Shown here: positions 1 to 11,944 of the stretch, piece after piece
How positions within the stretch are numbered: the first letter of the stretch is position 1
How the letters are laid out: each line of letters starts with the position of its first letter
Assembly: GCA_030295235.1 (NCBI GenBank)
Contig: AP026164.1
Location: 1-64,000 of the forward strand
Origin: Fistulifera solaris
Lineage: Eukaryota
Direction of reading: 5' to 3'
DNA length: 64,000 bases
Made by a program: the position numbers and the translations under genes
Notes under the pieces: generated by a model
Database searches by the model: none
What the model was told of the DNA's origin: nothing
The model's input: only the letters and a program-made list of their open reading frames with translations

Positions 1-294
1 GGGAGTTAGAACCAAAGCTACTCATTGAAGTGTCAGACTGAAATATATGTGAAAAAGTGAAACGAAAAATGGAGAATTCAGTCGAATGTCAATCAAGATT
101 ACATTCTGACATTAGGAAATTAGGAATGAATATTAGGTTCACGTTATGTCAAAAAGAGCTAGCAAGACAGGTTGACGCTGCGTAAAGTCAAAACGCAGCA
201 TCCGTGCGATGTGCCATGACTAGCGACGAACGATTTTAACTCTAATGATTTTTGTGATGAATTTTTCTTTCGTGACTGATCAATAGTCATTCGT

Positions 295-385
295 GATGTA
301 AAGTTGTACACTTTCATCAAATTTTGATGAAAGTTTCCGTTGCATGATGAAAGTTGTACACTTTCATGAGATTTTGATGAAAGTT
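295..385. repeat. Two 50-bp tandem units built from alternating inverted GATGAAAGT/ACTTTCATC motifs
   Basis: aagttgtacactttcatnnnattttgatgaaagtt occurs at 301 and 351. It contains the palindromes atgaaag-ttgtaca-ctttcat and actttcatcaa-att-ttgatgaaagt. Confidence 0.8.
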
Positions 386-816
386 AGTGTCTATGTAAGT
401 TTCGGCTTGCGCGCTATATAGGATAGGGCTTAGAGCTTTATGATACACTTTTGTATATAGTGGATCGACAATTTCTATTAGTCTAGAAAAGGGTGTACAC
501 ATAAGTACAATGCAACAGTCAGGGCTTAATTCCCGCATCTTTCAGAGAAGGACGTTAAAATTCTGCCTCCCAGTACAAGATTACACGTAGCGTCTACGAC
601 GATGCAGGTGAAAACCAAAAAAGCTCCATGCAAGTGTATAACACCGTAAGGGGGCTAGTTACTACAACATGAAGAATGATGATTGATTAAATCATCTTTC
701 TTACTGTAATGGTTTATAGAAAGCTACAATCCAAGACGCAGGGACTTAAAATTGTTTCACTTGATAGTATTGACCTAAAAGTCTCATGTCACACATCACC
801 GACAGTCGACGAAAGA

Positions 817-1376
817 TTACTCCTTGTTTACCTCGGGGGTCGAAGATTCTTTATTGCGGGCTTCCCAGTCCTTCTTTAGTGACTCAGCATACGACTCTTC
901 TGCTGATTCTTTGTCGACTTTTTGTGGCGGCATCTGTTGTTGGTATCGCTGTGAATGCTCTCTGTTCATGACATCGCGCACCAACAAGCCAGTCTTGGGG
1001 TCACTTATCCATTTATCGGAATCACGGCTATCAATCATGACATGCGAAGCAACATCTGGGGCCTGTACGCCATCTTGCTTCGGTCGGTACGAAGTCGATC
1101 CTGATTTCCACCAATCGGGTATTTAGGAGTAGGTCGTCTCGCTTGCGTCGACTCATTCGGCTTGGAAGAACGCATACTAGCTTCTCTATCGCGATCAGCA
1201 GAAAGCTTATCTACCCATTGAGGGCTTCCCATAACCTCTGCTTGCAACGATGGATCGTTCGCAGCAACGAACAGAAAAGTCGACGACGCTTCTTTGACGG
1301 AAGTTACCTTGGGAACGACAAAAGCAGCCTGCGCTGCCGCTGCCAAGATGACAATGTTGAGCAGAGATTTTACCAT
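817..1376 (-). CDS. Hypothetical protein with a probable bipartite plastid-targeting leader (one apparent frameshift near 1095)
   Basis: MVKSLLNIVILAAAAQA-AFVVP resembles a signal peptide plus ASAFAP-type motif. ORFs 1035-1382 and 817-1038 join if one C is added to tacccgat (KYPDWWKS). Confidence 0.55.
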
Positions 1377-2300
1377 CGTCACTGTCGCTTTGATCGTTTT
1401 TTTGCTTTTTGACTTCGTCTAATATAAACAAGCAAACAAAGGAACGTTGTGTGTCGAGCATATATCGCTTCGCTTGTTTATATTACTTGTATCGTCGCCA
1501 GATGTCACGGTCGTGCGGCCTTTTGTGCGTACAAGGTATAAGCTACCGTACCTGGTACCAGGTACGTCACTGTTTTCTTTTTTTGGCGATGCGTTTCGCG
1601 GAACACAAGAACTCAAAGAACAATTTTGCGGACGGAGACAGACTGCTATCGTCTTGCCGGCGGCTGGCTACCAGGTACGACGTACGACCGCTCATCGCAA
1701 TCATTTTCGCCATCGTTTTTGTTCTTTGAAAAAGATGGTTTGATTCATTATTTAACCATGAAAGTCAAACGTGAAATGAATCAAGAAACGCTATAACATA
1801 ACTTCACTGCTAGTCCCTGTGATGCGATTGATAGGTTTTGCATCCGTCTCACGTCGGCTACCGGTTGACGCTAATGCAAACAACGCTCGATTAATCGAGC
1901 CAATTCGAAGAACGATTGATCACTCTCTACTGATGAAGGCATACGATGAAGTTGAAATCCTTCGTAAACGATGAGCGATGACTATTGAGCATCAAGATGA
2001 TTTGATAGTTCGCAGTACGAATAGAATATTAATACTTTCCGCCCCTAAAATAAGATTAGAGCAACAAAGTGGAGAAATGCATAATCGATTACGTTGTCAA
2101 TAAAAGCTTTAAATCTCAACGTCTATTTCTTGAGTACAGCAAATTATTGCTAAAGATTTTATGTAACTCTGGTTTGTTTCTGTCGAAACCCACGCGTCAA
2201 AAAAGCGACTCAATCAAAGAATGCTATCAAAGGCCCCACCAACGTAATGGAGAACAGGGCTTCAATAATGTATCCGTCCGATCCCTATATTTGAGTGTCC

Positions 2301-2993
2301 TTACAAGTAGCAAACTTGATACAAAATGCGAATCGGTGTGACGTGAATCCTTTCCTGTTGAAACTCATCAATGATTTCAGCCGCTCGCTCGTCGATTTCG
2401 TCGGCGGCGTGCTCAAGTCTCCAACACAAATCCAGAGCAACTTGTCCCTGCAACGCTGCTTCTTGTGGATTGTCTTTTGTGTCCAAACAGATTACATGAA
2501 TAGGTTTGAAATCTTCCGTCGGCTCCCGTATTTGTAAGTCCTCGATGACAGCATCATAAATGCGCTCTTCAAACGCAATGACAACAGCGTGTGACTGAAT
2601 AACATCCGTGGGAGTATCCTGCCATCGGTTAGGTGCTCGCTTAACGGCAGCTCCTCGGCGGCAAAGCTGAAGAACTCCGTTTCTCGAAAAGTATTCAGCG
2701 TCGTCTAACGCCAAATTATGAAACATGTGCTCATACGGCGTGCCAAATTTGAAAATTTTTGGCTCCATTGCTGTTTTCCCTGGAAGTCGGACCTGCGTTC
2801 CAGAGCCATACGATTCGACGCGCAAACCTGCGTTGCCAAGCACTAAATGTGCTTCCATCGAACGATTGATATTGGACGAGCAAACGACACCAAATGATAT
2901 TTTTGACTTTGGCAGGTGATTTTCCAAAGGGGCAATCCCCGGTGGAGTGACGGGACGAGGCAGAGATGGGCCTCCAGAAGAGCGGCTGGACAT
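2301..2993 (-). CDS. SSU72: RNA polymerase II CTD phosphatase Ssu72
   Basis: Motifs VVCSSNINRSMEAH (CX5R), SYGSGTQVRLPG, FGTPY, FEERIYDAV and DTKDNPQEA. Likely ATG at 2993. Confidence 0.93.
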   Translation of the reverse strand: MSSRSSGGPSLPRPVTPPGIAPLENHLPKSKISFGVVCSSNINRSMEAHLVLGNAGLRVESYGSGTQVRLPGKTAMEPKIFKFGTPYEHMFHNLALDDAEYFSRNGVLQLCRRGAAVKRAPNRWQDTPTDVIQSHAVVIAFEERIYDAVIEDLQIREPTEDFKPIHVICLDTKDNPQEAALQGQVALDLCWRLEHAADEIDERAAEIIDEFQQERIHVTPIRILYQVCYL

Positions 2994-4951
2994 GATAGAC
3001 AGCGAAGGGACGACCGAGAAGAGAAAAATCGAACTTCGAAAGGGCGAAATGTTTGATAGCAAGAAGCACGAAAGCAAGAAGTCTGGTTCTTGTTGCGTAC
3101 TCTAGAAAGCTTTCTGATGGAAATCTAGCGAATAAACTGAACTGGAAACTTGGTTTCTGTCGACATTAACAATGCAACAAAAACAAATGAGTTGCGGACA
3201 CGATGGCGCCTCGAACGCGCGATGCGTTTTGTCGTCCTGCGGCCTGCGGTTCTCTATGCCGGGACTCCGGTCTTCCAAACTTCCGGGACTGATAAGGTTT
3301 CAGTCGAAAACGAGTCGTCGGAATATTGCCTATTGCTGACTCGGACGACACTGTTTATAAGCTAGCAATTGACGCGGTCCATTCTTGTCATGGTAGCTAT
3401 GAGTATGTTGACTTGAAAATAATTCATTACGGAGTACTTCGTAATGTCTCATCCCTTGTCAGGGCATAGTTTCCACCGGGACGGCGAAGTTGACTTTGTT
3501 CAATGCTATAACGTCGGAAGCCGTGAAGCCCTGCTAGTAGACTATTTATCTACATATACCAGGTCATTAAAGCAACTCATTTAGGCGTGACAATCAAATC
3601 CTTCATCGACTTTGCTCGTGAACCCTTTCCAATGAGATTACCGCACACTCTTCAAGTAAGCTTAGCATATTTGCGACCAATGGATGTGTGTAACTCTCTT
3701 CAGCATGTGTTATTTTTCAAATTGTTGAATGAATGAACCGCGTCAATTTTTTTACTGGAATTTATTCACTTTATTACCAATACTTTTTACAGCGAGGTCT
3801 TACTGGTACAAGAATTGTTAGGCGGTAAACGCAATCCCGAGCTGAGCCGAAAGTGAGCTCCGAGTCACTAAATACTACGGAGTAAAACCGTATTTGTAAT
3901 GCATCATGTACAATCTGTAATAGATTGAACATCAGACGTTCCGGCTTTTGTCGCTGGACGCTGGATTCACGTTTCCACGATCAGAACGGGGAAAGTGAGT
4001 TAAAAGAGCTAAGAGCAAAATAAAAAAATCCACTGAGAACAAAACAAATTTACGACAAGATTACGACAATTGTAACCAAGTCCGCTCGAGATGCACGAGA
4101 CACAAGACATAAGACGCAAGACACCATCGACCATCGACTAAAAAAGAACGGCGTAGGCGTGGGTTTGAGTTTTGAGTAGTGAGTCCAAGTAGTGAGGAGA
4201 AATTATTGATTATTGGTAGCGGGGAGAAGGAGAAGGAGAGGCCTGGCCTGAGGCCTGTGGCCTGTCCATTTGAGTCATTCGCCCTCAACTGTGAACTGTG
4301 AACTGTGACACCTACTTTTTCTTTACTACTTAACTTCAGCTTGCAACAACAAGTTCTCCGGAAAACGCTGACGGCGGTATAAGGTGTAAGGTGTGATGTG
4401 TGATGTGTGAGGGCGTGAGGCCATTCACCATTCGCCATTCGAACTTGGCATGTAGAATTTGTAATTTGGAATAAGTTCTTAGAGTAGAGGGGCAATAGCA
4501 ACTTGAAAGTGCTCTTCATCAAGAACAGAAGATTTTAATTCTTTATTCTTTAGTCCGGCCGAAGTTTTATCGGACAAATGGACATTTTCGGGACTGTGAT
4601 CTGTAATCTATAATTGTCGCAATCGCCCCTACTCGACATTTTAATCCATACTCGTTGACAAGTAATTGCAAGTGAATGTAAATGCTCCGAATGAGTAGGG
4701 AAGTCTAACGTCAAAGAAATCATAAGCGGTGACACAATACGAACGCGGAAAAAGTGGAAAGGCAACAACCCAACTAAAGTTAAGATAGGCTTCCCGACTC
4801 ACGACCAAATGAAAATAGACGAGTTTTCTGATCTTTGAACGACGCAGCAAAGAGCTTCGTTCCATAAAATTTAAATCTTCCTCATTCTTCATTCGTTCCG
4901 CAAACTCGCACCAGCATACCCAAACCGCATTCCAAAATTACAGCACCGAAC

Positions 4952-6091
4952 ATGAGCTCATCCGCTGTACTTCCGACAGAGGCGCAGTTATCTCAGTCTC
5001 CTGTTAAGCAGCTTCGAAAAACGCGGAAATCGATTCAAAAGTACTTCCAGCTTGGAAAGGTTATGTCCATTGGTCAAGACAACCCCTTCACGATTCATGC
5101 AGTCGACGAAGAAATGTTTCGGTGCTTCTGGTCGTTGTTCGCGGAGACCATGGTTGTGGATGGGGCTTTGAAGCGACCTACTAAAGAGAAGATATCCGTC
5201 CTGGTGAGCAAGAAGAACGATTGCCAAGTTTGTCTCATCGCGCACCACATGCTCAAGCAAATTTCCGATAAGGTCAGTGTCGATGAAGCCGACCCTTACT
5301 TAGAAGATGCACTTGTGTTCGCCGAGGAAGTGCTCATGGCATCGCACAGCGGCCATGAAATCAAAATTCCAGCACACACCACGCTAAGCACAGAGGCCCA
5401 AGCCGAAGTCGCGTTGATCGTATTGGTCAAAACACACATGAATCGCACTACTAGTGCCTTAGTCGGTGAGCAGTTGTCCACGGCCGCTTTTGGGGTCCCC
5501 CGCGTGGTAGCGAAGCGCATGGAAAGCAAGGGTGTTGTGAACGTCTTCAGCAAACTCCTGGCTCCCTTTCTGGCACGCGGTATCAAGGCAAAGTACGAGC
5601 CAGGTATCACCCGAAATCTATTCAAACATGTCGTAGATGATCACTTGACGTTGCCTTCGCATCTTAAAGGTGCAAGGCTCGCCGGAGCTGAACGTGGTAT
5701 CGCCTTGGCGCGAATGCACGCGGCTATGGACACCATTTACGAAACTCGTTTAGAAGACACTATGCTTCCACGAGCTATTGTTCACTTTGTAGACGACGCA
5801 ATACCTCCTACAGGTACGAGCCCGGGGCAAATGTCGAGTTGGATTTTAGTCCACATGAGAAAGTCGATTGCGGCAGCGCTGCCTGATGAAAACCATCAAT
5901 CCCTTGCAGCGCTTCTATTGTTCGTCGCGTACTCCCCCAAAAGTATACAACGCTTGACTCAGTGGGAGCAGATAGTGAAACGCTTTGGCATCAAGAACGC
6001 TAAACTATTGGTCTTGTGGTTCTCAATGCGATTCACCCTTTTAAATGCAGCTGGTCTTGAGCAGGCAGCCATAACTCATTTCGACAATTAG
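4952..6091 (+). CDS. AhpD/carboxymuconolactone-decarboxylase-like protein
   Basis: Intronless 379-aa ORF containing KEKISVLVSKKNDCQVCLIAH, which matches the AhpD E..A..VS..N.C..C..aH motif. Confidence 0.7.
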   Translation: MSSSAVLPTEAQLSQSPVKQLRKTRKSIQKYFQLGKVMSIGQDNPFTIHAVDEEMFRCFWSLFAETMVVDGALKRPTKEKISVLVSKKNDCQVCLIAHHMLKQISDKVSVDEADPYLEDALVFAEEVLMASHSGHEIKIPAHTTLSTEAQAEVALIVLVKTHMNRTTSALVGEQLSTAAFGVPRVVAKRMESKGVVNVFSKLLAPFLARGIKAKYEPGITRNLFKHVVDDHLTLPSHLKGARLAGAERGIALARMHAAMDTIYETRLEDTMLPRAIVHFVDDAIPPTGTSPGQMSSWILVHMRKSIAAALPDENHQSLAALLLFVAYSPKSIQRLTQWEQIVKRFGIKNAKLLVLWFSMRFTLLNAAGLEQAAITHFDN

Positions 6092-6135
6092 CCAATTCTT
6101 CAAACTGTATTCCATTCATAGCACGCAATGTACAT

Positions 6136-8745
6136 TCAGTCTTCTACGGCTTGAAAGTCACAATTCCATGTGTCATGTTGCTCTGTATCGATACTTATCT
6201 TCAATACTCCGGCGCGTCCATGGCTTTGCACTTGCATCGAAAAAGAGTCGCGCGACTCATCTTCTTCGTCTGAATCCACCGAACGTAGCGATATGGCGTC
6301 GTCCCTATCTCCGTCAATTCCAGTCTGACCAATCTTAGAGACCAGTTCATTTGCATGGTAGTGAACTCGAGAAATGTGAGAGTCCGGACTCAATCCAGAG
6401 AGCAGCAGCGTCCGCCCACGCGCCAAACGTTTGACGACTGTTAACGGTAGACCCCGAGGGTCACCATTCACAAAGCTAGCAATGGATGCTTCGACAAGCG
6501 ACATTGTTCCGCTTGCTCTCGAATCCATTTTAGTTGCTCGCTCGTTTCGTTAAAATCTTGGGTCGCTTGCATCACCAAACACTGTACGCCTAGCCGCCAA
6601 GCTTGAACGAAGGTGGATTGCTTATCATGGACGACTATTGGAATGGACTCGCTGATTTTGGCCAAGAATTTGCGTGCCTTTTTGGTCAAGGGTGACACCG
6701 AAGTCACCACTACCATATGAGGACGCGACTTGTTGATAAAAGCAATTGCCAACTTCAATAGTTTGGCATGGTGTTTCAGAGTACTTTCATCTTCTGTATC
6801 AATATTATTGGATATGAACCATGGATGGATCAACTGGTACACAACAATCTGGGGCAAATTCACTGCTAATGTCCCGTACGGATCATGCAGGGTAGCTTTG
6901 GGCGCTTTGCCCTGGTCATCGTTCATCTGAGTCAACCCAACTACGTCGTGCGTGTCGAAACGAATTTTGTTCAGTCGAGCGTCGATAGAATCCGCGAAAA
7001 ATCGAGCGTAAACACGCGGCTCTCGCAACCATTGACACCGATCTAAAACGTGCATTACGGCGCGGCGATCTTTGTTGGAGAGTTTTAAACAATCGTAGCG
7101 GGGCGATCCATCACCAGGTGGATGCTCATCGAGAAGAGCCACATATCTCCAAGCGTCTTGATGAATGGCTTGGGCCAAAGGTCGAATACAAAGGTCTCGC
7201 AAAGAGGGAAGTACAGTTCCCGTCATGCCATTTGAAGTAGCATGATTCTCAATTAACTCGGCAAAATAAGGATGCTTCCGAATGATATTGTACGCCCGCC
7301 CATCACCTTCAGTCATATCGTGTTCGACAATCTTACCAAGGGGATTGCTTGCGGACGGAAAAACAAAGCCGGATGCACCTATTCTTTGAGTTGGATCGTG
7401 TCGCATTAACTGTTGAATCAAATCCCAAGCTTCGTCTTCTACAATTCCGACTGGACGCCGCAGGCAACCTTCCCGCTTAATTTTCAAAAAGGCTAAGTAT
7501 GGCGAAGGACAACTAAAGGGAGTCATACCGGTCTGCATGATATAAAACATACAACCTAGAGCCCATAGATCTGCCGCATGATTGGCACCACATGCACCTT
7601 CAGCTTCAGCCGTTTGAGCTTCTTCCATTCCCGATGTCCCGTTGACAGCCTCTGGACTCATAAAATCTGGCGTTCCTACAAACTCTGGTCCATTCAAATC
7701 GCGCTTCACACAATCCTTTGCTGTCCCAAAGTCAATTATGACAACGTGTCGTTTCGCATTGAGCAGCACATTTTCAGTCTTTAAATCGCGGTGCACAATG
7801 CCGTGGCGATGCATATGCTCTAAAGCATCAACCATTTGAAACATCCATTGACGGCAACACGAAAACTTGTGACAACCGACCATGCATTTGTTTTGATTCT
7901 CGTCGTGCTTCCATTGACACTGATTCCACAAATCGTAAGGGTACAACTCCATCAAATAGTAAATAGTATTGTAGTCTTGAAACGCGTGGTACATTTGTAC
8001 AATGTATGGATGAGGCGGAAGTCGCTCTAGAAGAATACGTCGTTCCATTTGAATTTCATTGTAAACGTTTGGATGCTGTCGCTTGGCTAGATCTGCAGCT
8101 TGTTTCTTTTCAATGCGTTTGAGCGCGAATGTTTCCTGCGTCACTTTGTGTTGCACTACTACGATCTCGCTGAAATTACCGTGTCCCAATGTATCATTAA
8201 TGAATTTGAATTCCTTGATACTAATCGGACGCAAAACTGTTTTGATGGATGTTTCTGGCGCTGTCTGTTCCGTTTGTTGTTGTCGCTCTTGCAACTGACA
8301 TTGCAACTCCTTCCATGCTTTTTTCTTGTTCGAGTTCGATTGCGGTCGTTGCTGACAACATTGATTGAATGATATCCGATGCTTCGGACCATTTTTGCAG
8401 GGCAATGAGTGTTTTCGTCAATCGGTATTTGGCTTTATTGATGAGAGCCGTATTAGGAAGATTATTAGACGAAGAAGAGGCCGTTAACAAGTCGACAGCA
8501 GTCTGTGCATCTTCTTGCGATCGCTCATATTCTTCTTGCTGAAAATAAACAGCCGATCGATTACATAACAACACGACTCGTAGCTTGTAATCAGTTTCAT
8601 CTGTCGATAAAGCATTCAAACCTGCCGTGTACAAACTCAACGCCGCATCGTAGTTGCCTTGCTTAAATTCGTGATTTCCACGCAACCGGAGATCGTCGGC
8701 TTCAGCTTGTGCAGATGAATAGTCGCTGGTTTCTTCGATCGTCAT
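6136..8745 (-). CDS. TPR + PDK1-like AGC Ser/Thr kinase + degenerate metallophosphoesterase-like C-terminus (two homopolymer frameshifts near 8320 and 6472)
   Basis: TPR motifs GNHEFKQGNYDAALSLYT and LLCNRSAVYFQ. Kinase motifs LGHGNFS, ALK, HRDLKTEN, DFGTAK, EFVGTPDFMSPE and DLWALGC. Three ORFs join at A/T runs. Confidence 0.8.
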
Positions 8746-8950
8746 GATTAGCTTCGAAAAGAACGTCAAGGGCGATTAATTGTACGGAGTAGCATTTATT
8801 ATGAAATCGCTTAATGTGCGTTTTGTAGCGTGTTACGTGTTATATTGCGTCTCCGGTTTTTGTTAGTGTGCGCGACACAAAGTACCCCTCCACGTGGAAT
8901 GACGGTAGAAAGCGAGAAAGCGACATGTCAGTACGCCGTACGAAGGATTT

Positions 8951-9009
8951 TAGTCATGAGTCAGGAGTCGTCATGAGTCATGAGTCAGTCATGAGTCGAG
9001 TCATGAGTT
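8951..9009. repeat. Tandem GTCATGA/TGAGTCA motif cluster in a divergent promoter
   Basis: tagtcatgagtcaggagtcgtcatgagtcatgagtcagtcatgagtcgagtcatgag. Confidence 0.7.
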
Positions 9010-9101
9010 TCTTTGTGAAAGGTCTCATCGCCGCCGCCGCCGCCGCCGCTCTGCGCGCAAGCGCCTTCATTGCGTTTCATTGTGTGTGTTTGTTAAAAGC
9101 C

Positions 9102-11873
9102 ATGTCATCGTCTTGTAATTGCTTGAATTGCCATCGCAAAGCCTGCGGTTACTGCTCTTCATGTCGTCAAGAAACTAGCGACGAATGTGTATTTCGGAGT
9201 TGTCAAAGCGTGGCGTATTCTTACGATTCGCAAGTAAAACGAAAACAAGAAGCGCATCGTCTCGCGAACGAGTATCTACTATTAGAATCTCTGTATCAAG
9301 AAGTTTATCTTGCAGAGTCTAGCCCGCCTACACATGCTGTGAGTGCTTTAAATAGCGTGACGAATATAGACGATGGCTTGTTTTCCTACAAAATGACGGA
9401 ATGCGATGCGAGCGATCCATCGTTCGTGACTGCCCCTGATGTCCAGGAAGAAGAAAAACATCACCAATCCAAGCCATCTCCCTTCAAGTGCGATAATTGT
9501 TCCTCTTGTCACCGAGGAGTCTGCAACATTTGCATTTATTGCAAGAAACGAGACGCTTTTACTAGAAAGACAAACCGATGTCCTTTTCTAGTTTGTGATA
9601 GCGCATCTTACTCGATCAGTTCTATCAAGGATTACAAAGAATGGCGTCACGGGCTGTTGAGGCAGACCCAGACAGATTAAGTAATTTGTATGAGAAATTG
9701 TATGGCGATACCGGCTTTATGACGAAACAACAAACAAAACGCGAAAAGGAGAGACAGTCGTTTCTGGTCAAAATGTATGGACAAGATGAAATCACGTCTA
9801 CTGGGCAACGCACGATTATGCTCCGATCGAAATTTGAATCTAAGCCGAATTCCGTCGCTATCAAAGAAGAAGATGATAATTCTTTTCTCAATCACAAAAT
9901 GGTACCTATTCGTGTACTACGGAAGCGCAAGTTTGCAGCTATAGAAGAATCGCAAGAATCCGTTATAACCAACCGCCGCTCACCCAACAAGTCGCGACAT
10001 GATCTGTGTCAGAAATGTGAAGGATGTTTAAGACAGCCATGTGGACTTTGCCTTCGATGTACGTCGTCGCGGAGTTGCGTGTTCTGGATTTGCCACAATT
10101 ACGTCTACAAATCAGCGTATAAGCAGAAATTGATGGGGCGCATTATGTCTTCATTGAAGCACACAGCCAATGAATGCGGGGATAGTCCACTTCAAATTTT
10201 AGCTGATGCTGTGATGGCGGGTCCGCTGTCCTCGCATCTAGTCCGCAAGGGTTGCCACGAACCTCTTCTACAAAAGTGCGAGACCGATCTTCACGACAAA
10301 TCAACGGGACGATCCCAACCATGTGGTAGTTGTGATGGATGCACGACCACAGATTGCGGGCTGTGTGTCCACTGCCAAGGTATGGGTTATGGTGACAGGT
10401 ACAAATGCATATTCCGAATGTGCCATGATTGCGACTACGCCCCTCGTACTTTAATGAATATGGCTGGTTACGTACTGAAGTCGTTGGACCTTACCCGAAA
10501 TCAAGACGGCACTAGCCCTTTGGATTGTTTTGCCATGACAATTGTGAATGGGCCTCTTGCTTCTGTTGCGGGAAAAATTGCTGAGGGAATAGCAGAAAGA
10601 GCGAGCAAGAAAGCATTTCTCATAAAAAGTGAAGCAGCGACGACAAAGCGAATCAGTGCTTGTGGTAAATGCAGAGGCTGTTCAATTAAAGATTGCGGGC
10701 TTTGTATCCATTGTAAAGGAATGAGTCTATATGGGCGCCGTAAATGTGTATTCCGAATATGCCACGAAGTTGAATATGCATATACATCCAGGAGTAGGAT
10801 GATTGGGCACATCGAACAATCTCTAACCCTCACCCGGCGAAACAATGGTACCAGCCCATTGGACAACTTAGCCAAAGCTGTTATGGAAGGACCTTTTGCT
10901 TCGCATCCGCGCAAAATAGCACAAATAGTCGAGAAGTGCAAAATAAAGGAATCCGACAAAGAAACGACTACGAGCCGTGTTTCGTCCCGCTTAAAACGGA
11001 GTGATTTGGAGATTTTCACTACTTCCACGCGTCCGTGTGGATCGTGTGCAGGCTGCATGTTCACGGACTGTGGGCTGTGTATACACTGCAAAGGCATGGG
11101 TCACGGTGGCCGCTGTAGGTGTGTATTCCGAATATGTCAGAAACGCGACTATGCGCCATCGACCATGATCAGTCAACGATGTTACATACGAAAATCTCTT
11201 GCTCTTACCCGTCGAAGCGATGGTTCAAGCCCTTTGGATAGCACTGCCAAAGCAGTAATGGAAGGTCTCCTAGTTCTACGCCCGCGAAAATATATTGATT
11301 TGGTTCACGACGAAGACATTTCGGCGGCAGGGGAAAGTAATGGGAGCTGCTCATCTAAGGATTCTCATGAACTTCTTAGAGGAGAAAATGAGCCCGATGC
11401 AAGTCCGTGCCATTGGTATCAAAGTTTCTTCGGGCTCCCTCACCCAGGATATTTGCATATAAAAGGACTTGGCTGGAATGATGACACGTTTGATTGGAAA
11501 GAATTTATTCTTACTCTGGAGGCGCTCTCCGATACCGAGCGACAATCGGCCATCTATTTCAACTATCAGCAAGCCATTGAGCTATCCAATGCAGTGCAGC
11601 AGAATCACACGGAAATACAAAAACTTGAACGTGCGTTGATTGCATCTATTTTTTTTACTGGTCGGCTTGCCGAGTTCACCCGAAAAGGTTTTGCTCGACA
11701 AGGCCCGCCATTCCGTCCTACTCTATTCGCTGCATTTTGAAGATGATCGGCGTTTGATGACAATGTTAACTAGCAACTTGAATTACCAGGGCGACCTTCA
11801 ACGCCTTTTGAAAAACTCTAAGTTGCAGGAGCTAGAACCAAGAGACTTCGCGAAAAAAGTCCGTGATCTGTAG
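9102..11873 (+). CDS. Protein with six zf-CXXC-like domains (frameshifts near 9652 and 11650)
   Basis: Six CxxCxxCxxxxCGxCxxC...CxxRxC-type units near 9114, 9489, 10005, 10322, 10661 and 11036. ORFs 8868-9680, 9641-11740 and 11640-11873 join at G/T runs. Confidence 0.75.
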
Positions 11874-11944
11874 ACAGCTTAAAACTAAAACTGTTCTACA
11901 AGCACATACTTTTACAAATGTCCAGAATAAGGGTGCTTACTAGA

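Noticed and set aside
3150..4900. ORFs and short tandem motifs (actgtga, gtgtgat) in the Ssu72-AhpD intergenic region
   Set aside because: Low-complexity promoter-type sequence with no coding signal.
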